Source: Octopus sinensis (taxonomy: Eukaryota). From it: a stretch of DNA of 64,000 bases. Positions within the stretch are counted from its first letter, which is position 1, and the number at the start of each line of letters is the position of its first letter. The DNA lies in NCBI RefSeq assembly GCF_006345805.1, contig NC_043012.1, forward strand, positions 38,316,001-38,380,000, written 5' to 3'. The translations under genes were made by a program, and so were the position numbers. Below the pieces are notes generated by a model. The model saw only the letters and a program-made list of their open reading frames with translations, had not been told where the DNA came from and did not search any database. Below are positions 54,682-64,000 of the stretch, in pieces.

Positions 54682-55200
54682 AAGGTGGGCAATAAAAGAT
54701 GTTGAGGAAGTTAAAAATGCAGAATAAAAAAGATAAAGAAACGTAGAAAAGAAAAAAAGAAGTGATGAAGAAAGGTGGAAGGTGAGTTGTGAAGACAATA
54801 AATTGATGGAATAAGAGAGAAAGAGATTGAGAGAGAAGAGGAGAGAGGGAGAGAGAGAGGAAGAAAGAGACAGAGAGAAGTACAGAGAAGTGGAAAGATA
54901 AAGAGAAAAATCGAGTCGATGAAGGAAAAAGGAAAAAAAGATAATAATAAGGAAACTGGGAAACAAAATGGAAATGAAGAGATGGAGAGATAAAAGAGGA
55001 AATGAATAAAGAGACAAGTGCAGTGGGAATAGTAGTAGTAGCAGTAGTAGTAGTAGTAGCAGCAGCAGCAGCAGTAGTAGTGGCGGTGGAAGAATATGAA
55101 GGAGATAGTAATGATGAAGATGATGATGGTGATTATGATGAAGGAAAAATAAAACTCAAAGCAAAAACAAAAGAACTGTTTAATTTAAGGAATACGTAGG
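52940..55200. repeat. Long purine-rich low-complexity zone (GA-rich, GAA, GAT, GTA tracts)
   Basis: The plus strand is almost all purine over 52940-53940 and 54700-55010; (GAT)n at 54446-54680. Confidence 0.9.
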
Positions 55201-55923
55201 AAGACTTGAGAATAAATTCCTAAATACAAACATAAATCGTTGGAAATGGCATGGTTGGGTAGCGTTTCATTTTACATAATCAGGTATTATATAATATACA
55301 TACATACATATATATTTATGTATACATGTATATATATATACATATACATATATGTGTATATATATGTATGTATGTATGTTTGTATATATGTGTGTGTACA
55401 TGCGTGTTTAAATATTTTTCATGTGGATTTATAATCTTCATATGTATATATATATATATATGATATATATAGTATATATATATATATACATATATATTTA
55501 TATATAATATACATCCCCACGCATACGTATGTGCATGTGTGTGTGCGTGTATTCGTTTGTTAGCATGTTTGTGTGTACGTGTGTATGTTATTGTGAACAA
55601 TGCATCCGATGCCAAACGAGGAGAGTAAATAATATTTATAGAAAATAATGAAATAAAGAATCAAAAGCAGATCTTATTCTTTATGGAATGGCGGCATGGA
55701 ATTGTGTGGCCGTGAAGTGTTTCAAAAATTATTTATGTATATATAATATATATATATAATTGATATATATATATATATGTATGTTCGTATATATATACGT
55801 ATATATATATATATTTACACGTGAGTGTGTGTGCGCGTGTCTGTATATACATATATACAAACATGTATATACATATACATACAAACATTTGCCTGAATAA
55901 TAGTAACGACCTATGATGATGAC

Positions 55924-55956
<33 letters not shown>

Positions 55957-56637
55957 AATAATAATAATAATAATAATAATAATAGTAATAATAATAATAA
56001 TAATAAAAATAATAATAATAATAATGATAATGAATACTACCATAAAATTAACAACGAGTACTCATTGGAAGTACTTAATTCCTGTCTTATGTATTGTTGC
56101 AATTATTATTGTTTTTATGATTAACATATTAATATTATTATTATTATTTTTATTATTTTCATTATTATTATAACAGTAGTAGTAGTAGTAGTAGTAATAA
56201 TTAAAATAATAATAATACTGATGATGATAACAGTAATAATAAGAATGATAATAATAAGAATTACATAAAGCGAAAGAATTGAATAGATTCGAAAGCCCAT
56301 GGAAGGTGTAGGAAGTCTGACATGAGTTTCTTGCCCACTGGACTGTTTGGTTAAAATTTATCGTCAAGTTGTGACCCGGCTTTTTGTTGTTTTTTTGGTT
56401 TTAATTTATGGCTTGAAGTATCTTTTGTGCTTTAAGAAAGGATCATTGTGTTAGTTTCTTCTTTTTCTTAATTTTAGTGCCGTTCGGAGAAGGAAGACAC
56501 ATTCACACATTTGCTTAAGTATGCAAAGACAGACGGGCACACATACACCATGCGCTTATACAGTGATGTATTAACTGAGAAGGGACATGTCAGTGAAGCA
56601 TCATGTGGTTGTATGTCACGACACGACACAAGGCTAC

Positions 56638-56639
<2 letters not shown>

Positions 56640-56733
<94 letters not shown>

Positions 56734-56758
56734 GTTATGTATGTATATATATATATAT

Positions 56759-56814
<56 letters not shown>

Positions 56815-56827
56815 ATATATATATATA

Positions 56828-56885
<58 letters not shown>

Positions 56886-57105
56886 CATATATATATATAC
56901 ATACACATAAGAGTATACTATACGCACATATTTCTGAATATATATTTATAAACTTGGGCATATAGATATGCATATATGTGTGCATATTTACATTCATATT
57001 TATTTATCTATCTATCCATCTATCCATCTATCTATATGTGTATGTATGTGTGTATGTATGTATGTATGTATGTATGTATGTATGTATGTTATGTATGTAT
57101 ATATA

Positions 57106-57137
<32 letters not shown>

Positions 57138-57147
57138 GGATGGATAG

Positions 57148-57178
<31 letters not shown>

Positions 57179-57193
57179 GATAGATAAATAGAC

Positions 57194-57239
<46 letters not shown>

Positions 57240-57245
57240 ATAGAC

Positions 57246-57335
<90 letters not shown>
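56640..57335. repeat. (TA)n / (TATG)n / (TAGA)n compound microsatellites, representative of many such tracts (e.g. 13235-13540, 19740-20200, 34620-34885, 46330-46895, 50040-50290, 62118-62282)
   Basis: Direct reading. Confidence 0.95.
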
Positions 57336-58224
57336 ATACTCAGGCACATACAGTTATAGACGTGTGTAGAAAAGCAAGCGGATGAGTGAATACTCAATAT
57401 ATGTATTAATAATTTTTTACTTTTTTAGATTTTTTTCTTTCGAAACTGATGATTCAGTCCGTTGCTATTTCTAGCTACTTGCTTTGTGTGTTCACTCAGC
57501 TGAGAAACCCGAACTGATGGCGTGAGAAACACGGCGGAGGGAAGGGAGGATTTACCAATTCTTAACAACCAATATAGTTGCACTGGTAAATCCAAAGCCT
57601 TCAGGTTTAGAATTACCCTATCTCCAAATATCGCCAGAACTTTTAGAAGTAAACGTAAATCTAGAGGCGAATAGAAACTAACAATCTCTAAGGTGAATAA
57701 AAAACCTGTGTACATTAATAATTCCAGGAGAGAACATGATAGACACAAGTATATATCATCTGATCCCTACGTATGTTTCACCTTCGTGGTTGCCTAGAAT
57801 TTCTTCATTGTATGTCCTATGTTTAATCGTTTGTGTAATTCTTTGCATAACCACAACGGATCATCGAAGGAACACGCCATTGTGTAATGTTACAGAGTTG
57901 GAATCTAATGAACCCCAGTTGTACGAAAAAATCTAATAAACACTATAAATAAACTAATTCCAGATTTGTCGTTAGGTAGAGACATCTTTGATAATTACAA
58001 GTTACAGAAAGCAAGATTCATAGATAAAATTTGATTTAAATGCTTACTTCTGAAATATTGTATTAAAGAAAAATTACCAAGCATTATTTAGTCCTTGCTT
58101 TCATTCACGTTAAACATTAAGTTCTGTGAGCAAATGATATTAAACCATTAGAAATATACACATTCACGCTCACTAAATAAAAAAAATTAATTAAAATGTG
58201 CAATTATGAAAGTGAATTGCTGAT

Positions 58225-58345
58225 ATACTGCTTTTATTTCAAATTCCGCCAAGGTCGAGTTTGCCTTTCATCTTTTCGGGGTCGATAAATGAAGTACCAG
58301 TTTCGTACTAATCGAGTGGCCGCCTCCCCTAAAATTTCAGGCATT
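58225..58345 (+). mobile_element. SINE family B, 5'-truncated
   Basis: TCAAATTCCGCCAAGGTCGAGTTTGCCTTTCATCTTTTCGGGGTCGATAAA body. Confidence 0.75.
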
Positions 58346-59799
58346 GTGCCTAGAGTAGAAAAGGATCCAGTCTGCTTTTATGCTTTCACTAGTTTCAGTA
58401 AAAATCCCAAGCAAGTTCTCATTCCATACCAACAACGTCTACCATCTCACGTTAAATACTTCTTCAATATGACTTTATAATTCTATATAATTTTATACAA
58501 AATAGTGTTTTTACACGGTTGCTAGTCGCTACAGTTAAATTTCTCATAAACCACATCCTACTGAATCTCAATTAGTCAATAATCATCACCCCCCAAATCT
58601 GTACATTCACGCCTCTACAAGATTTGTTTGTGGAAGACTAGTAATCCTCTATGCATAGAAATCCTAGCCCCCTCCACGACAACGAACGTTACGCAAGAGA
58701 AAGGTCGCCGGCTTCAGCCGATACAGCTTGGTACCCCTGTAATCGACGGCATTATGATCAGAACAGCCGGTAGGTTGTAACTAAGAATTAAATATAATGT
58801 GTGTGATCGAAGAACATAAAAAATCAAATTCCATCCCTCTATTCGAACCACATGCCACCCTGATGTTGGCTGATCAAGTAATGGAGTAAACTAAAATAAA
58901 GTCCCGTCTCTCAAAATAGTTATAGAGGTTTCACTCTATAAATTACTGTATTAACTCCCCTTTCACAGCATCACCAGTAGGTGTCGCTGATAAGATGGGA
59001 TATGTAAAGCTTTTGGGTTGTTAAAGTCCAACTAAAATATAAAAAGATATGATTGAATCTGCAGAACAAATTGGTTGGACTTGGATGGTTGTTAACCAAA
59101 TGTTTTTCTTCTTTGAATAATATTGTGAAGCGAAATATGGTTACCAGAGATTATGAATATATAATCGCAGACTAGGGCCAAGAACTTGTGAAGCTGGAAG
59201 CTACCGTTGATGAACAGCCTGGGAAACATTTGATAAAAAGAAACCATAGTGAAGCTATAGTGATTCAATCGCAGAATATATTGTGGAGAATGTTGCTAGA
59301 GCGGCTGTGATTCCGCCTCAGTGTATTGCAGAAAGTCCTTCTGTCTGCGGTGTAGAATTAAGCTGGAGCGCTTCTAATGATTGTCGTCACTTTAGTGTAC
59401 TAAAAGAAAAATACTTCATGGCGATAGCAGCAAGACAATATACTCCCTCGTTGGTTTTCAGAAGGGCAGACAAAAAGAGTTATAGAGAATAGCAAATAAA
59501 AGATCGTCAAACCCTATCGTTTCAAATGGTACAAGCACCAGGAAATTGCAGGTGAATTTAGGATCATCGTTCATGATCCTGAATCATATTGAAATAACGA
59601 AACAGCTTATTGACTTTATTATGTGGTTGGATTAGCAGAAACCTTATAACTGTCGCGTCTACACTATCTGGGAAAGGCAAACTGAATGGACGTATGAAAG
59701 GAAATGTATAGAATATAAGCTTAGAGATATTTATGAAGTATGAGAAGAACAGTGTATATCGTTTCCAGAAGAGATACGAGTGACGTGTATTGGTAGGTT

Positions 59800-60220
59800 G
59801 AAGCATAATGTCCTACCTGAATGCCATTCGACTTTAAAAGTTTAGTGATTGATGAAGAGCAGTGGAGAGAAGGGACCACTTTATAATAGATATGGCAGAG
59901 AATTGTCAGTGAAAGAGCAAAGCCAACCAGAGCAAACTAATGCATAGCAAGTGGTACACGTTGTTCGAGTGGTGTTGGGTGTAGTCGCAGTTTATTGGAT
60001 GCGGAGGCTGAAGAGATACGTCGACAAAAATTGCCGGTTACGATGGGGTCCAAGAAAAAGACGAGACATTTCCGGAGGCATCAAGACTGCGTCGTATCAC
60101 TGAGGAGCATGATATTGTCAGTGAAATAGTGCGGAGATGGTACGAAGCACAACTGGTCAAAGTGAAGCTCAGCTAGAACATACTTGCCCTAGATGTGGCC
60201 GTATGAGATCGTGGTCAGAA
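59800..60220 (+). mobile_element. Possible very old L1/Tx1 ORF2 C-terminal relic
   Basis: Contains EHTCPRCG (TACTTGCCCTAGATGTGG) at a position analogous to the TCPRCG motif of the young copies; heavily decayed. Confidence 0.3.
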
Positions 60221-60726
60221 GTATGTACTTACATAGTGAAGATAACCACAGCGTTTTCGATATATGTGTGTACGTATAGAAAGATAGCTAGATAGATAGA
60301 TACACACACACATGAATGTATACATATATATATGCATATATACATACATATATTTATATGAGTGTGTTTGTGTTGGTGTGTGTGTATGAGTGGACTGGGG
60401 GAACGTGAAATGAAGTGCTTTACTCAAGAACACAACACATTACACTGCGCAGGAACCGAAACCACCATCCACTAACTACTAGGCCACACGACTCCACACA
60501 CGCGCGCGCCGCACGCGCACGTGGGCGTGTGTGTCTTTGTGTGTGTTCGTGTCTTTTTGTAGTCGTTGGTATCTTACTGTTTTTTTTTTTCATTTCATTG
60601 CCGCAATGCGCTAATGTTATGTTCTAACTTACTTAATCCCAGCTTACTTAATCTCTTTATCTGTATAATCTGTATTTTAATATTTTTATTCTAGATTCCA
60701 TTTAGACACCAAACCAGACTTACAAA

Positions 60727-60940
60727 TGAGTCAGTGGAGAGAACTGGTAGAATCCTCAGCGCGCGCGGCAAAATGTTTGGCGGAATTTCCTGCATCTTTA
60801 CGTTCGGAGTTCGAATTCCCTCAAAGTCGGCTTTCATCCTTTCGGAGTCGATTAATTAAGTTCAAGTTGAGCCCTGGGGTCGGTATAATCGACGTACTTA
60901 TACCCCATAATTTGCTGACATTGTGCCAAAATTTGAGCTT
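60727..60940 (+). mobile_element. SINE family B copy
   Basis: GAGAACTGGTAGAATC head, GTTCGGAGTTCGAATTCC, CATCCTTTCGGAGTCGAT body. Confidence 0.75.
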
Positions 60941-61004
60941 AATCTTATAAATGAGAAACAATCCCTCTATATGCCCGTTTAGCTTACAAGAATTACAATA
61001 TTTG

Positions 61005-61385
61005 CATTATTTACATTTGACGGACATTTGTCCTCATCTTGTTTGTTGGTAACACAACATTTCGGCTGATATACCCTACACCCTTCATCAGGTGTCTTGA
61101 GGCAATTTTTCGGGTATATGGCGTAGTGGTTAAGAGCGCAGGCTACTAACCCCAAGATTCCGAGTTCGATTCCAAGTAGTGACCTGAACAACACCATCAA
61201 CAATTACATCGAAATATTTCCTTGGAATGAGAACCCAGGTTCGAAATTTCCCCCAAGACACCTGAAAAAATCTGGAGGGTATATCAGTCGAAACGTTGTG
61301 TTAACAACAAACAAGATGAGGACAAATATTCGTCGAATGTAAATAATGTACGTAATTCCTCATCTCTTAAATATAGAACTGTATT
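61005..61385 (+). mobile_element. Composite element: inverted tail copy + tRNA-like head + Penelope-type hammerhead tail
   Basis: Inverted arms 61005-61112 / 61242-61348; A box TGGCGTAGTGG (61119-61129); B box GTTCGATTCC (61164-61173); each arm carries GACAC-CTGA..-stem II-GAAA(C/T)GT-T-GTGT. Confidence 0.72.
61051..61098 (-). ncRNA. Minimal type I hammerhead ribozyme motif (near-intact)
   Basis: Minus strand GACAC-CTGATGA-A-GGGTG(loop)CAGCC-GAAA-TGT-T-GTGTT: intact CUGAUGA and GAAA, stem I GACAC/GTGTT, one stem II mismatch. Confidence 0.62.
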
Positions 61386-61674
61386 ACTAGAATTAGTAGC
61401 CAAATGTCCCCCGAAATAATATTCCAGAACTGAAGAAAGTACTAGAACAATTTATGTCATAGAGTAATAAAAAGAAAAAAAAACAAAACGAAATTGTCAT
61501 GGAAGGAATGTGTATGATCATAGTCCTGCTGGATAAAGACTCTAACCTGGGGTTAAATCTTAACAAAAAAGAGGCAGAATTTGATGTATTTCCAACATAA
61601 TTAGGGCAGCAGAAAAGCGAGGGGTAGCGATAGAAATAGAAAGGAGGAGGGGATGAAAGATGAAGAGTGAGAGA

Positions 61675-61714
<40 letters not shown>

Positions 61715-61935
61715 AGAGATAATGAGAGGGCGATCAGAAGAACGGGGAAGAGAAAAAGTGGAGATGAGGACAGTTGGAAAGAAAGAAAAGGAGAGCATGA
61801 AGAGTGTTTTAGGAAGAAATGTTGAGGGAAAAAGGATTGGATTAAGAACAGTTTAAAGGAATATTTCGTAGACACAAATATATATGCATATACATGAATA
61901 TCTATGTGTATATATATGTATGTATATATATATGT

Positions 61936-61980
<45 letters not shown>

Positions 61981-61983
<3 letters not shown>

Positions 61984-62117
61984 TTTGTTTCCGACGAAGA
62001 GCTCCGCTCGAAAGGTTAAACCCTCCTTCCCTTCTTTCCTGAGCGTCAAATAATACTTTAATTGTTCCACGTCCTCGCGTTGCTGTGTTTTTTTTCTGTG
62101 TCTTCTTGTTTGGATTA
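61981..62117 (+). mobile_element. Penelope-like element terminal fragment
   Basis: Hammerhead motif followed by TTCCTGAGCGTCAAATAATAC and a pyrimidine-rich tail ending in (TA)n. Confidence 0.55.
61987..62021 (+). ncRNA. Minimal hammerhead ribozyme motif (decayed), Penelope-like terminus
   Basis: GTTT-CCGACGA-A-GAGC-TCC-GCTC-GAAA-GGT-T-AAAC; stems I and II perfect, core U4 and stem III altered. Confidence 0.55.
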
Positions 62118-62120
62118 ACT

Positions 62121-62258
<138 letters not shown>

Positions 62259-62282
62259 CATATATATATATATATATATATA

Positions 62283-62560
62283 ACGGGAAGGTTTATGAAA
62301 ATAAACAAAAGACGAAGGCAGGTGGAGTACAAACAAATAATTGTATTAGTATGGCGCTCAGGAATAGAAATAAAACAAGTCTTTTACGTTTCGGGCCTAC
62401 GCTCTTCGACAGAAAGATACACAGAAAAGAAACAAGGAGAGAAAAAAATTGCCGTAGAGGCTAACGATTCAACATGGCGTTCTGATTCAGAGATCGGAGG
62501 TCAAACGTTAGGGGTCAGACGTTAGACACTAGAGGGATAGTAGGGGAGATAACAGGGTCA
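62283..62560 (-). mobile_element. Penelope-like element terminal fragment
   Basis: Hammerhead motif and TTCCTGAGCGCCATACTAATAC on the minus strand, ending in (TA)n. Confidence 0.55.
62381..62416 (-). ncRNA. Minimal hammerhead ribozyme motif, Penelope-like terminus
   Basis: Minus strand CTTT-CTGTCGA-A-GAGC-GTAG-GCCC-GAAA-CGT-A-AAAG; A6 altered, one stem II mismatch. Confidence 0.58.
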
Positions 62561-62591
<31 letters not shown>

Positions 62592-62611
62592 ATAAATATA
62601 TATATATATAT

Positions 62612-63008
62612 ACTCTTTTACTTGTTTCAGTCATTTGACTGCGGCCATGCTGGAGCACCGCCTTTAATCGAGCAACTCGACCCCGGGATTTATTCTTTTG
62701 TAAGCCCAGTACTTATTATATCGGTCTCTTTTGCCGAACCGCTAAGTAACGGGGACTTAAACACACCAGCATCGGTTGTCAAGCAATACTAGGGGGACAA
62801 ACACACTTACACAAACACACACACGCATATATACACATATACATATATACGGCGGGCTTCTTTCAGTTTCCGTCTATCAAATCCACTCACAAGGCTTTGG
62901 TCGGCCCGAGGCTATAGTAGAAGACACTTGCCCATGGTGCCACGCAGTGGGACTGAACCCGGAACCATGTGGTTGGTAAATAAGCTACTTACCACACAGT
63001 CACTCCTG
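62612..63008 (-). mobile_element. tRNA-derived SINE family A, minus strand
   Basis: Reverse complement has a tRNA-like head (GGTTCCGGGTTCAGTCCC) and the same body and tail as 13541-13925. Confidence 0.88.
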
Positions 63009-63257
63009 TCTCTCTGTTTTGTATATCCTTTCGAAGAATTCCCCTCCCTCTCCAATACTCTCTCTACTCTCTCTATCCATTCCTCTTTGCCTCCCATCCT
63101 CCCTATATATATACATACACTTTGATAGAAATATATACATATATATCTATCTGTGCGTATATATTTTGGTAGACTGATACAAATACAAGCATACACCACA
63201 TGCAACACCCCCACACACGCACACACGCATATACACACACGCATACACACAAACAAA

Positions 63258-63301
<44 letters not shown>

Positions 63302-63408
63302 GTTCAATAGATAGTGATATAGATAGGTGGATAGACCGACTTATAGACAGACAGATTGATAGACAGACAGACAGATAGATAGACAGACAGATAGATAGAT
63401 AGATAGAT

Positions 63409-63466
<58 letters not shown>

Positions 63467-63742
63467 TGGGAGAGAAATAAAGAGAGTGAAGATAGCCAGA
63501 TATGTAGAGAGATGAATACGATTGATAGATAGGTAAGAAGATAGACAGATTGGTAAAAGAAGAGAGGAAGAGAGGAGGAGAGAAAGGAGGAAAAGAGATG
63601 TAGAGGAGGAGGAGTATGATGGATTGAAAAATCAAAGAATACAAAAGTAGCGGGATTAGAGAATTAGAGCGATAGTGAGAGGGAGGAAGAGAGAAGAAAG
63701 AGTGGGGAAGAATAGAGTTACAAGAGGAAAGAGAGAGGGAGA

Positions 63743-63784
<42 letters not shown>

Positions 63785-63971
63785 CAATACAATGATGTAG
63801 AATGATATATACAGAACATGAAGATTCGGAAAGCAGAGAAATGGAGGAAATATGTGGAGGGGGGGTATGAGGTAGGGAGGATGGGAGGCAAAGAGGAATG
63901 GATAGAGAGAGTAGAGAGAGTATTGGAGAGGGAGGGGAATTCTTGGAAAGGATATACATAACAGAGACAGG
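63005..63971. repeat. ~100-bp inverted repeat pair (63005-63105 / 63873-63971)
   Basis: CCTGTCTCTCTGTTTTGTATATCC..CCTCCCTA versus TAGGGAGG..GGATATACATAACAGAGACAGG; 2 substitutions and a 2-nt indel. Confidence 0.92.
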
Positions 63972-64000
63972 ATAATATGGAGAAGAGTATGTGTTTGCAA

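Noticed and set aside
61113-61185. Functional tRNA gene
   Set aside because: A and B boxes are present, but the acceptor stem does not close, the nominal anticodon ACT is non-standard and there is no T-run terminator; treated as a SINE head.

Overview
Eukaryotic, AT-rich, microsatellite-saturated DNA. The SINE families suggest an octopus or other coleoid cephalopod (recognised from memory, not searched). No host gene is confidently identified; the one candidate exon is 23960-24236 (minus). Contents: (i) three Tx1/L1-clade LINE copies head-to-tail at 740-12560, each ending in TGGCTAATAAAGAAAC plus a (TCTA)n tract, a fourth copy at 39.3-40.8 kb and a diverged relative at 35.4-36.3 kb; (ii) a Dong/R4-type restriction-like-endonuclease retrotransposon embedded in (TAA)n, followed by an older relic; (iii) a decayed DD37D Tc1/mariner, a full-length decayed Chapaev3-like transposon (TIRs, TTA TSD) and a Helentron-type non-autonomous element; (iv) a 5.2-kb GC-rich 21-bp satellite whose unit carries a metal-response-element core; (v) many tRNA-derived SINEs. 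The best candidate for an undescribed system is at 61.0-62.6 kb: several Penelope-type minimal hammerhead ribozyme motifs, including a short element made of a tRNA-like Pol III head fused to a hammerhead tail and preceded by an inverted copy of that tail, i.e. a possible Penelope-mobilised SINE. Most long ORFs in the supplied track are microsatellite or satellite artefacts.
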